A stretch of DNA of 62,605 nt from a virus (lineage: Duplodnaviria > Caudoviricetes), in the IMG/VR virus record IMGVR_UViG_3300048110_000198, positions 1-62,605 of that record; one strand, 5' to 3'. Every line of letters starts with the position of its first letter. Position 1 is the first letter of the stretch. This document shows, in pieces, positions 21,901-29,023 of the stretch. The notes beneath the pieces were generated by a model that was not told the DNA's origin, ran no database searches, and saw nothing but the letters and a program-made list of their open reading frames with translations. The translations under genes were made by a program, and so were the position numbers.

Positions 21901-21996
21901 TTTAGAGAACGCACGTTCTAGTGTAGCATCAAATATGCTTTCTAATTCACTATTGCGTAAGTGTGCTGGGAGAAAGTTATATATTTTATTCGCCAT
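12949..21996 (-). CDS. Giant virion structural protein (putative baseplate wedge, 3015 aa)
   Basis: Single uninterrupted ORF directly downstream of the gp6-like gene; N-terminal NFLP.HL and C-terminal KPYHAKIR motifs; internal repeats. Confidence 0.7.
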   Translation of the reverse strand: MANKIYNFLPAHLRNSELESIFDATLERAFSKGSMRKEKAFIGRREKGIYNEKDVYLSFPEHLFQRDNYGLEPVFSNTAIGDNIFYEDLLNAMFNKGMLTNDHRRLFKSDSTTVNLPIDADKFVNWSMYYWVSTGFFANDDNSQESDNKHYITVDKSSGNWWGENNAWYYYEDISDKITSENKHLIEQAKRPIIEFDSRLSIANNVTEWELPLFTCSDGNAYNIFKYITSNFHPYDNELGLSPKLVSKDYNSEYSFKIDLPTGVNLIVDNNETSFYIPCNFNYRNLRHEFGNGTFESVELTQDAKSQNDIDVYVDGIKQIGNYSYADLVIEFTNPIEGELYVDYTTDDNVVVDGDNVWQRINPAVEYNVDNESFNNRELSYSVVYEHLVRMIETTDGLTGEPNGVNNFRNIGDNTDKLRFNNLGSIMVRNSIDIKKAYFSITRDDYDPIKSVEFLSTSYSNYKNKLVTVIRDILDDSGSETKTTTEILEQAVSEVALAKRSSISVFDGLSMINFGEEISHYTSATKDFDLNFADQEIPLSELNLSPVDEFINDNLSVYINGKLQKHIQDYIVSFGSQVNFNNYAGQAGDVIEYRYYTTLSESFIPPSSTKLKINQLYNPGIVIDREYYPDLEMIRGHDGSLTPAWGDKTDDILLEFETLIYNRLVSTTTDNQIVAQQYGMYKDANDDYSFAEKKYIQYPFFKKWMIRNNIDNIYNDSYDADDWKTWNYRAVNELSPGHWRGIMKYVYGTDNPVVEPWVTVGFSSKPQDFDVNGIQYTNPSFWDNLKSSYNKDWPVPIDSNGEIKTMNELFFNSSISNSDISYMDQDWEFGDGSPVEMAWRRSSEYAFVEFLSMILTKPFEVLDNYADEVDNIIAIHNQREGYLTNSITSQRNQYEFKLGSKLGGFVNNFRLLSENSGLSNSRYTDIPRDNYDLFVHAGEPNRSESFSAIVIEKVSLDKSYPTYNQNDTATYKAGDIILNTEDNKHYKRKSSEETTKEANNSIRFDYSNWTLISQPKTREFGYRVHGYDDFNTVFFAMDWDKTSGEKVWSTDGDEANLKPWTSGEYYRQDSYIVYNNIPYVSLANHTASTLFDGDVDNWKILPEWPRINQTDAYGYKKTLEDQIKTYNYGDILSSRDEVAHLMIGYQAYLKAIGWDFTDTDEDNQVVDFEKLLEKFLDWSAEVHQPGDFITLTPVLFSGSFETPYGVATIGRETNKNFYRVVDESGRQIPTTEIKFNSDNGKITWESTLPIYGIKLDVADIEQAFVVDRVDSYGDTIYDPFLHNRNLRMLVDCNRTTDWDGTLAADGYIVSKDKLIPNLETMVDETQYYRDTLVDQSLNNLNSLKANQIGYSPRDYLRNHGVERESQLEFYKGFLAGKSTVSSINRIINFNSNFEDLTKRDIWAVKLADYGKIDSNFTATANINTIDIVSDPHIVNFDISNHLPDLKNYKAVDIKDSGYVDPKDVNYTVETKSVLTSSATPYFEGDTAWVRFDEERDWDVQRLSEIAEIQYISETEDGQLKVTMNQQITTSDTAYLKIVNSNVDPEIEGNYYFVFEEEIESNGLTLYEYIVFDLSFEPLIVEIDSTTDNSVYVPTASAIGVEAIGYISNPTFDAGDTLVINGEIFEYTPGSGVTPGGITIGGDTATPDPIVSPDEQVRIVVYDSNGLIANSNTLVTFSGTNAHADTTVTSEKDDEITINGSSLIIDYSATQSIQAESTATTANNLTTGSTLSISSGTNADSVTIADIEIVGNVANPIISENKKIRVNGIEIEFITPAPITGADSTETQTGVATDVSSITLATDMTDFLPGNITVDNGVDTPYVLTTSDYSYSNDVITFDTPIADGQVMVDDDADPATPDVAQDQDGLVDITVQLIAQPVPQSLTTQEIIDTVNDSGLSISASLDSNDHLVFSTTDSEIRITGSALVSDFGMSTSNAIDASKLNTLAQDIDALSYMSATMSGDKLVISTTEPTLTLSGSAFNEIGFPSNTYNATSSPTSSSIVTQILALNIPGVSADVTSGRIRIKSTSTILEIEEVTAGAMGRLGYSSTLIEVTSISSVVADLNTALADLTGTQAQVLDRRVKIISDQNAITLSNISGNAWSDIGIATGTYNNTSTTSSTAVEFQNQINDTQSNIVVSISSDGRMIFTSDDNEMTFSGTLDTILAKVGLYRLYTSVTSNADFKVMRWKSMRYTPNFNGETFDEFYINLGLNEPAKIWADDYQSLGWAVLQRNEVGAVTIINRAATPVDTSFVDRIIAKAGESFYHYQLFDPLNFKIAGSISKDIDYVTWGDPALYDVAVNSGLWLEQNLGKIWWDTNSARYYRYDDYGDANGNIDINYAKRFWGKLVPGSEIVIKQWVTSETLPDNTLTYNTEVYFDNVRNKKVTRYYYWTEVGDEPRYTKEYSIDEIRMMIAAPTTINKFFPIDGNSVIISNNNNILSNDAISYSLEYRITKNREIQHNDWELISRTSPVALYTDLLEDFKKSISDSEIKNYSQFELLETPTDGRFVCDWVVADSVSQEHIVVSVNNRFIDNIYTDGNQVVISIDDISSGDVVRIYHVESYDSWFSDIISARSNFKSVISSVLAKRMIMTKFPEYKDFIELDYGIFATSNWSLDDEYSNIERYGYLSNTRDIDMIQLHKDGVSSFKIEFNDEGDEYYFPVNNEIRLVHKENTVLDLDFSASEITVQDSLRLTQNQVNVQLHEFINMLYRYADIDEIKTMFFDMIEYMYTERTHPDWIYKTSYIDLIMYNKPLRQYAIYQRDSYQDTIDYVTETKPYHAKIRKTERIYPKEETLSTDVEALHHMHITKYFGNHSRFELSGIDAGNTTPIYATTWTDEDQLSETTQSDLSEYEELADGTYEGGKFLRNDIEYTSSADGFDTGPFNAQARDSAIVTVDTFTDSTRTTLDKKEFYVYDRFGRGYHIPVKFTGTISNFDGSTVVVDQASEFQSAKSKTKRLIALENDNGDVEFILYDKKSSSNLTVSERSVYNGISSKFENGDSVHVLGVPDMIYNHLDE

Positions 21997-21998
21997 TA

Positions 21999-24900
21999 TT
22001 ATTCACCTGTTAATTCATTGTCTGCGATTGATGAAATGATTTTTACATCTTTTGATGTTACTACGCTCAAGAAAATCTCATTCGGTTCACAACTAATACT
22101 TAGCAAGTTCTTAAAATCATTACCTGAGAATTTAGGAGTGATAATAACACTTGAAATATAATCTGCTAGTTCTTGGTGCAAATATGATGCTAATTCTGAG
22201 AAATAGAATTGATCTCCGAAGTCCCAGTTTTCTAGTTTAAAATATTCATTTACTTTAGCTGATACTGTGCTTTTAATTTCACTATCAGTATAAGTAGTTC
22301 CTAATTTAGAAATTACTTTGAACACTGCTTGATTTTCTGCTTCAGCATAAGAACCGAATAGCATTTTAAACTTGACTGGAATGTAACTAACATGATCTGC
22401 GATTGCAGTTTTATCTTCTAATGGTTCCATAATTTTTCTTAACTCAAAGTTATTAGGAGGGGTAGGGATAACATCACCGAAGCCACCTAGAATCCATTCA
22501 TCAATATTTCTCACATAGTCTTCTGTAAGTACATACATATCAATAATATTACTTGTGCTTGGATCAATACGTTTATCTGCATCTGCAAAATGATCCCATC
22601 TGAAGCTCATAAATTTATCTTCAACATAGCTTCTTCCTTCTACCACACGATAGCTTACATAACCGTATCTGATATTTTTAACACCGTCTATTTCATCATA
22701 TACTGCTTCGACCCAATTACTTGATCCGTCTTCACTAATAACATTCGATCTTCTATACCATTTTCCTGTGTCTAAGTTAAAAACAAGAGTAGTAGTATCA
22801 GATAGCTCATCGAAATTTTCTAGTACCACTCCATTTGTACCACCGTATACCGCTGATGCAATTTCTGATACTCTTTCAAATTTCTTATCACCTAAGGTGT
22901 ATTCTTCTAATACGATTGACCCTGGATTATCACCAGAGTATATATTAGTGATACCATACGGATCTTTTTCTGAATCCATATGTAATAGTTTTACTTTTGT
23001 ATTATCTACGTATCCAGCTTTAGTAATAAAATCATCGTACACAAAACTAGATATGTCATCGTATGTTTGTATTACGGTTTCTTTTTTATATTTTACTTCA
23101 ACTGCTGACTCTACTCTAACTGTAAATGTAGATAAATCTACACTCTCGCCTGTTCCAGTAAGAACATCTATAAGAGAACCAATTTGTGGGTCATATGTCC
23201 AGAAAGTTATAGTATACTGATTTCCATTTACTGTCATTTCCCAATGATCAGATGAAATAAAATTACCATCACTTTCTCTTAATAATAAAGATTCGGCAGA
23301 TAATGTATCTGTACTACTGAATACTATTTTACTATATGCAAACTGTTTCCATCTTACATCAGCGGCTAATCCGTTGCCTTCTGCGTTTTCATTATCTAAA
23401 TAATTTATACGCCAGCCATCTTGTGGAGCAAATTGAAATTCAAACACATTATTTGAATATATAACACCTGCTTTTTGTGTACCTCTCTGAGGATACTCGG
23501 CAGTTTCATTCGTAACACCGCTCGGTAATTCGTTTTCATCAATCCATATAAAATGTTCTTCTGCCTCATTAAAGTAATCCATACTAGGAGTACCTTTAAG
23601 TCCGGTCTCTTTTAAAGTATTAAAACTTAACGAACTTGTAGAAATAGTTGTACTTTGTGATGAACTTGCATTACCAGTATCACCTGTTTCTATGCTAACA
23701 CCTAGTGCAGGTAGTACATATAAGTCACTATCAGATACTTCTGAATCTGTTTCTATAGTATTAGTTTCACCTACTAGACCAGTTGTATCTGCAATGTTAA
23801 AAGATAGTCTATAGTCTGGAGCTGATCCTATTATAGGAATATCACCATTTGCATCTAGTTCAGGTGTAGTTGGGTATTCGACACCAACTGGTGATACTAG
23901 ATAATGTGAAGTTGAGTTTGTTGGCTTTAAAATTACACCAGTAGGATTTGGATCATCTTGTAAGAACTCTAAATTTTGGTCTGCACCAGTATATTTAAAA
24001 AGTGCATCAAATTCTGCGCTGTCACCAACTTGATTGTAAGATTCTGAATCTATAGGAGCTGATCCTATCGTCATATATTTTGTTATAGTGTCATTGATTA
24101 TTGTTTCAGTTCTATCACCATTGTAGTAATTTATCAATAGTTTATCACGTTCAGCAAGATTTGTTTCATTATCTACTACTAGGTCTTCATTACCATAATA
24201 GAATTTAATTTGTTCTGTACTTGAAAATACAATTTTTCTACCTGTAAATTTAATTTTATATTCTGCTTCTGATTCTCTTATACCAGAATTATAAGATAGT
24301 GTTACAAATACATCTTGACCTTCAACTAGTGGAGCATCATTTTCTGCATCATGTATCTTCCATATATATGGTCCGATTGCTGGAGCAGTATATGTAGCAT
24401 CATCATTCACTACATATTTTAATACTATATCATCATCACTTTCAGCAATTTTATTTTTTATTGCAGTAATCTCTTGTACTTCAAGTCTAGTTCTATAACC
24501 CCTAACGATAGTGTCAATAGTACCCGAAATCTTTTTAACACTTGATGTAACTTGAAACTTACTATTAGCAACTGGAGCAGACTCACCATAATACACAGAT
24601 GTCCATTGATAATCATCAGCTCCTAATTCTAGCTTTACAAAATCGCCTGGCCAAACTGATTCATCCATCGTAGTTCCAGTATCAATAAATTTTTTATTTG
24701 CAGGGTCTACTGTAAAGTCAACTGCTGGGACTAATTCTATTTTAGCATCATCTTTGTTAATCTCATAGAAAAGATTAATTAAACTAGGGTGTCTAAGTGC
24801 TTTAGTAATCTCATTTCTAACAAAATCAGTTGTGTTTCCGTTCTGTCTATTAAAACTTAACTTCATTGTGATATCATCTGCATCACTATAAACTGCACCG

Positions 24901-26348
24901 TCTGTGCCAGTAATACTAATATTAGAATGGTGTCCAGTAACATCATCCATTTCAAAGTAGCGTGACTTACCTGCGAAAGTTGTATTAACTGCTTTTACTT
25001 TAGAAATGATATTAGAACCAAGTGAGAGTGGAAGCACATTATAGTCTTGTGCGTTAACCATTCTATCTTGTGAGTAATATGAACGAGGAGCAATGCGTCT
25101 TACACTTGTGTATGACTCTGCCGCAAAGTTCTCAGAAAAATCTCTTGTAGATGATAATGTAAGAACTAATCTATAATTCTTTTTATCAGCACCTGTATAT
25201 GGAATTGATATAACTTTTTCGTTTACATCATTTCTATCAACTCTATAGTTTTCGTTATCTGTAGTACGGAACCAAACACGATAGTTGCCGCTTGCCGCGT
25301 TGCCGAATACACCGTCACCATAATGTAATTCAACTGCGTTGTTGTCAATTGTGTTTACACTTACAATATCACCGTTGCCGTTACGAAGTGAGTTATAGAT
25401 TGCTGTTTCTCTTGTGTCGTTATCTACTTTTGTCACACTTGATGAATATGTATTAGTTGTATCTACACGTTGAACCCACACATCTGTATTTGAAATGTTT
25501 GCACTTGCAATTGTTTCAATCACGTTAGAAACTTTAGTATTGTATGTAAAGTTTTCAAAGTTTAACTTACCTGTCTTTGCATATACAAAGAAGCCAGTTC
25601 TATCTGAAGCTGGGCCTAAGTTATCATTTCTGTTTATGATTGTAAATTTCTTTGTTTCAATCGGTTCTGCTTCTATAATCTTGTCATCTTTAAATTCTGT
25701 ACGCACTGCTTCGAATCTTCTATTTGCACCTGATACAGGAGCTTCGAAAGAAAATGATACTGCACGTGACGCATCTGATTGATTAATTTCATATAGGTAG
25801 TTTTCAATTCCAGAAAGTACCATACTAGCCATTGGATCTTGTATCTTAGATGTGCTAGTAAGTGAAGCATTAATAATGTCAATAAAATTTTCATACCAGT
25901 CAGCGTTATTTGAATCATTCCAGTTGATTGTACGATTGGCGAGAGAGTTACCTTCGTTATCAGCTATTGGTTGATTCGTTGTTACACTTGTGATCTTTAA
26001 GAACCCACGTGCGTTTGTAGGACGTGTCTTGTTATACCCTAACGTCTTAGCCATTCTAAGAACACTTTCACGGCGTTCTGCTGTATCTAAGAAGTTTTCA
26101 CGTGTGTTCATGTCAAGTCTGAATGATAGCGAGTGACCTAAGTATGCTACTAGGTCGAGTACTGCAACAAATTCTGAACTTGAAATAAAGTCATTAAACT
26201 TATCTGGATATGTAATAGATACATAATCTATTAATGCTTCTCTGATAGTGTCAAAGTCATATGCTTTTAGACTAACGTTTGTAAATGCTGTGTAAACTGC
26301 TGTCCAGCTTTCACTTGCAAATAAATTGTCAACTCTTTCTTGACTCAT
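21999..26348 (-). CDS. Baseplate wedge subunit, T4 gp6-like
   Basis: YDFDTIREALIDY, LDLVAY, ENFLDTAERRESVLRMAKTLGY, YGDGVFG and RMVNAQDY are gp6/baseplate-J-type motifs. Confidence 0.85.
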   Translation of the reverse strand: MSQERVDNLFASESWTAVYTAFTNVSLKAYDFDTIREALIDYVSITYPDKFNDFISSSEFVAVLDLVAYLGHSLSFRLDMNTRENFLDTAERRESVLRMAKTLGYNKTRPTNARGFLKITSVTTNQPIADNEGNSLANRTINWNDSNNADWYENFIDIINASLTSTSKIQDPMASMVLSGIENYLYEINQSDASRAVSFSFEAPVSGANRRFEAVRTEFKDDKIIEAEPIETKKFTIINRNDNLGPASDRTGFFVYAKTGKLNFENFTYNTKVSNVIETIASANISNTDVWVQRVDTTNTYSSSVTKVDNDTRETAIYNSLRNGNGDIVSVNTIDNNAVELHYGDGVFGNAASGNYRVWFRTTDNENYRVDRNDVNEKVISIPYTGADKKNYRLVLTLSSTRDFSENFAAESYTSVRRIAPRSYYSQDRMVNAQDYNVLPLSLGSNIISKVKAVNTTFAGKSRYFEMDDVTGHHSNISITGTDGAVYSDADDITMKLSFNRQNGNTTDFVRNEITKALRHPSLINLFYEINKDDAKIELVPAVDFTVDPANKKFIDTGTTMDESVWPGDFVKLELGADDYQWTSVYYGESAPVANSKFQVTSSVKKISGTIDTIVRGYRTRLEVQEITAIKNKIAESDDDIVLKYVVNDDATYTAPAIGPYIWKIHDAENDAPLVEGQDVFVTLSYNSGIRESEAEYKIKFTGRKIVFSSTEQIKFYYGNEDLVVDNETNLAERDKLLINYYNGDRTETIINDTITKYMTIGSAPIDSESYNQVGDSAEFDALFKYTGADQNLEFLQDDPNPTGVILKPTNSTSHYLVSPVGVEYPTTPELDANGDIPIIGSAPDYRLSFNIADTTGLVGETNTIETDSEVSDSDLYVLPALGVSIETGDTGNASSSQSTTISTSSLSFNTLKETGLKGTPSMDYFNEAEEHFIWIDENELPSGVTNETAEYPQRGTQKAGVIYSNNVFEFQFAPQDGWRINYLDNENAEGNGLAADVRWKQFAYSKIVFSSTDTLSAESLLLRESDGNFISSDHWEMTVNGNQYTITFWTYDPQIGSLIDVLTGTGESVDLSTFTVRVESAVEVKYKKETVIQTYDDISSFVYDDFITKAGYVDNTKVKLLHMDSEKDPYGITNIYSGDNPGSIVLEEYTLGDKKFERVSEIASAVYGGTNGVVLENFDELSDTTTLVFNLDTGKWYRRSNVISEDGSSNWVEAVYDEIDGVKNIRYGYVSYRVVEGRSYVEDKFMSFRWDHFADADKRIDPSTSNIIDMYVLTEDYVRNIDEWILGGFGDVIPTPPNNFELRKIMEPLEDKTAIADHVSYIPVKFKMLFGSYAEAENQAVFKVISKLGTTYTDSEIKSTVSAKVNEYFKLENWDFGDQFYFSELASYLHQELADYISSVIITPKFSGNDFKNLLSISCEPNEIFLSVVTSKDVKIISSIADNELTGE

Positions 26349-26349
26349 G

Positions 26350-26709
26350 TTATTCTCTCTCTAAATCTATTTCTAGTGTTACAGGCTCATCTTCGTTTAC
26401 TATCGATACTGTAACGCTAACTGTTAATGTGTGGTCTGTGTCAGACACTTTTATGAAATCTAATGTTACTCTTGGTTCTTGTTCTATAATTGATCTTATA
26501 TCTTCTTCAATTATAGATTTAACTTCTGGAGTTAGTGGCTCAAAGATCATTTCATGTACGATGCTTCCAAATGTTGGCATCATTACACGCTCACCTTTGC
26601 GAGTCATAATATGATTCATCAAGTCTTCAATGATAAGATCCTTACCAGTTAAGATATGATTGATAGCACTTTTGTTTTTTGTGCTGAAACCTGTAAATCT
26701 AATAGCCAT
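26350..26709 (-). CDS. Baseplate wedge subunit, gp25-like
   Basis: TRKGERVMMPTFGS, IFEP and EPRV motifs of the GPW/gp25 family; start MAIRF. Confidence 0.88.
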   Translation of the reverse strand: MAIRFTGFSTKNKSAINHILTGKDLIIEDLMNHIMTRKGERVMMPTFGSIVHEMIFEPLTPEVKSIIEEDIRSIIEQEPRVTLDFIKVSDTDHTLTVSVTVSIVNEDEPVTLEIDLERE

Positions 26710-26740
26710 AATATTCTCTCTGTAGTTATTCAATTAAGAG

Positions 26741-26770
26741 TATTTATCATCGTATAAACTTCGTATATAA
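26741..26770. promoter_or_regulatory. Conserved 30-bp divergent-promoter motif, copy 1 (includes minus-strand late promoter GATAAATA)
   Basis: TATTTA-N6-TATAA-NN-T-W-CG-W-ATATAA, also present at 36347 and 44057. Confidence 0.65.
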
Positions 26771-26773
26771 ATA
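26766..26773 (+). promoter_or_regulatory. T4-type late promoter TATAAATA
   Basis: Exact T4 late consensus 5 nt before the ATG at 26779. Confidence 0.65.
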
Positions 26774-26778
26774 CTATT

Positions 26779-27477
26779 ATGAAACGAGTAGGTATATTAG
26801 GATCAAGTTTTTCAGTAGGATGCCATCATAATTCAAACACAAAGCAAAATGATTTAGCACTACCATTCGAAACTTGGCTTTACAAGCACACAACAGATAT
26901 AGAATTTTATAATTCAGCATGTTCTGGAAAGGGCACTGAACTATATCTAAACAAGATTGTTTACTTAAAAAAGAAATATAATATTGATACTATTTTGATG
27001 GAGCTTGTTAACAACCGTTCTATGCTTAACATGAAAACACAAGATTACGACTTAGATAATATCACTGATGATCTATATGAGAATAGTGCATCTATCTGGA
27101 ACTACATAAGAGCTATAACACAAGACATTAACTATGAAAAGTTTGCAACCAAACGTGATTTTAACACTTGGAAATCGGTACAAGAAAGCATAGCATATAA
27201 CTTCAATGCATTTGAGTATTGGGGAGTGTTAGATTGTAAGCAATCTATCGAATTATGCGAGTTGTTAGATATAAAAGTTGTTACATGGCAGAAAAGTTTT
27301 GATTTCAGAGAACATATAACACAAACTGTTAAATTTTCAGATTTTGCTAATGCACACGAATATTACGTTGACAAGTATGATGAAAAGTCAATACTATGCG
27401 ACCATGTACACTTCAATGATAAGATAAACGAAGAAATGATTAGAGATTTTATCGTCCCTGCACTAATTAATACTTGA
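26779..27477 (+). CDS. SGNH/GDSL-like hydrolase (putative esterase or acyltransferase)
   Basis: Block I-like ILGSSFS, block II-like NSACSG, C-terminal DxxH (DHVH). Confidence 0.55.
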   Translation: MKRVGILGSSFSVGCHHNSNTKQNDLALPFETWLYKHTTDIEFYNSACSGKGTELYLNKIVYLKKKYNIDTILMELVNNRSMLNMKTQDYDLDNITDDLYENSASIWNYIRAITQDINYEKFATKRDFNTWKSVQESIAYNFNAFEYWGVLDCKQSIELCELLDIKVVTWQKSFDFREHITQTVKFSDFANAHEYYVDKYDEKSILCDHVHFNDKINEEMIRDFIVPALINT

Positions 27478-27502
27478 CAAACCTATTTCTTCTATGTATA
27501 AT
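27474..27502 (+). promoter_or_regulatory. Sigma70-type promoter upstream of the small ORF and clpP
   Basis: Exact TTGACA-N17-TATAAT. Confidence 0.85.
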
Positions 27503-27528
27503 GAATATAACGATAAAGGAGATTTACA

Positions 27529-27765
27529 TTGACAGATGATGAGAATGTAATAAATTTATCTGAGTTTTTAAAGGAAGATATTCCAATAGAATTCAGTATG
27601 AGCTATCCTGCGTTTAGAATAGACCAGGACTTACATGCAGAAAGTGAAATTGCACTGTTGAAAAAAGCGGTTGCATCTTTACAGAAACAAGTGTATGATG
27701 GGTATAAGCGAATCATGGAACTTAATGAAGAGCTAGAAAAACTTAAAAATGAAAATGAGGAATAA
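27529..27765 (+). CDS. Small hypothetical coiled-coil protein
   Basis: AAGGAG Shine-Dalgarno, TTG start, heptad-like C-terminus. Confidence 0.65.
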   Translation: MTDDENVINLSEFLKEDIPIEFSMSYPAFRIDQDLHAESEIALLKKAVASLQKQVYDGYKRIMELNEELEKLKNENEE

Positions 27766-27767
27766 TA

Positions 27768-28394
27768 ATGCCTAATCTAGTACCAATGGTCGTAGACCAA
27801 TCAGCAAACGGAGAGCGAAGTTATGATATCTTTTCACGTCTTCTAAAAGAACGTGTGGTGTTTCTAACTGGTGAAGTCAATGATTATCAAGCAGACTTGC
27901 TTTGCGCACAATTGCTGTTCTTGGAAGCCGAAAACCCAGACAAAGATATTCACTTTTATATCAACTCACCTGGTGGTGCAGTGACATCAGGTCTTGCTAT
28001 CTATGATACAATGCAGTTTATCAAACCCGATGTTTCTACTACTGTTATCGGGCAAGCATGTTCAATGGGATCATTCTTGGCGATGGCTGGATCAGCGGGA
28101 AAACGTTATGTTCTACCTAACTCTCGTACAATGGTTCACCGTGTATCAAGTGGTACACGTGGTACTGGTGGTTCTGTGTATGTACAAGAACTTGAGATGG
28201 AAGATAATATTCGTCACTTTGAGGAATCAAAGAACATCAACAAACGTTTGACTGAATTATATGTTCAACACAATTCTAAAGGTAAAACATTCGAAGAGTT
28301 AGAAGCCACAATGAAGTTTGACACATTTATGACTGCGGACGATGCAGTTGAATATGGTCTTGCTGATATGATGATTTCAGAACGTCCAGCTTAA
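27768..28394 (+). CDS. clpP: ATP-dependent Clp protease proteolytic subunit
   Basis: [21 protein letters not shown], catalytic Ser (QACSMGS), His (MVH) and Asp (FDTFM), EYGL.D. Confidence 0.95.
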   Translation: MPNLVPMVVDQSANGERSYDIFSRLLKERVVFLTGEVNDYQADLLCAQLLFLEAENPDKDIHFYINSPGGAVTSGLAIYDTMQFIKPDVSTTVIGQACSMGSFLAMAGSAGKRYVLPNSRTMVHRVSSGTRGTGGSVYVQELEMEDNIRHFEESKNINKRLTELYVQHNSKGKTFEELEATMKFDTFMTADDAVEYGLADMMISERPA

Positions 28395-29023
28395 AAGCCA
28401 GGTACGTAACTCCACATTTTAGCAGTTCTAATCTTAATAGCGGCGAGGTGTTCATCCACTTTTCCGCTATTTCTTTTTATGTTATTTTGAATTTCATCTG
28501 TAATACGATACCAACGTTTCATGTTTATAAGTTCAATGATTGGACTAGTTTCGATCTTATCAACTCCTATATTATAAAAGTAATAAAGTAACGCATCGAA
28601 TTGACTTTGTGATAGTGGTTCTTTAACAAACTGTTCTAAAACATTTCCTATACTTCTAAGTTGTTTTTCTAAAAGAAATATAGCGGCATCTTTAGTTATT
28701 TTACTTTGTGTTATATCAATTCTATTAGATGCAACAGTGATATAACCATACCTACGTTCTACATCTGTAATAGTATAGTCATACCCTATCTTATCACCTG
28801 TTATCTCTAGGATAGGCTCAAAGTTTTCAATAACAGCGTTCTTACTGATACTAGAAAATACAATATCATTTACTGCAAATGTTTTAACTTTCACATGTGA
28901 TAGAATATGTTTAGGAATATTAGAGTCGTAGCTCAAACCTATATATGTACCATTAGGTGTAACAACATTTAATGGACGTTGTATGTAATTTAGTAATGAG
29001 CCTGGTTTCTTATCATATATCAT
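28391..29023 (-). CDS. Phage lysozyme-like protein (GH24-like, apparently degenerate)
   Basis: IGY and [17 protein letters not shown] resemble GH24; the catalytic E-x8-D segment is not recognisable; ATGA-coupled to the gp5-like gene. Confidence 0.55.
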   Translation of the reverse strand: MIYDKKPGSLLNYIQRPLNVVTPNGTYIGLSYDSNIPKHILSHVKVKTFAVNDIVFSSISKNAVIENFEPILEITGDKIGYDYTITDVERRYGYITVASNRIDITQSKITKDAAIFLLEKQLRSIGNVLEQFVKEPLSQSQFDALLYYFYNIGVDKIETSPIIELINMKRWYRITDEIQNNIKRNSGKVDEHLAAIKIRTAKMWSYVPGF

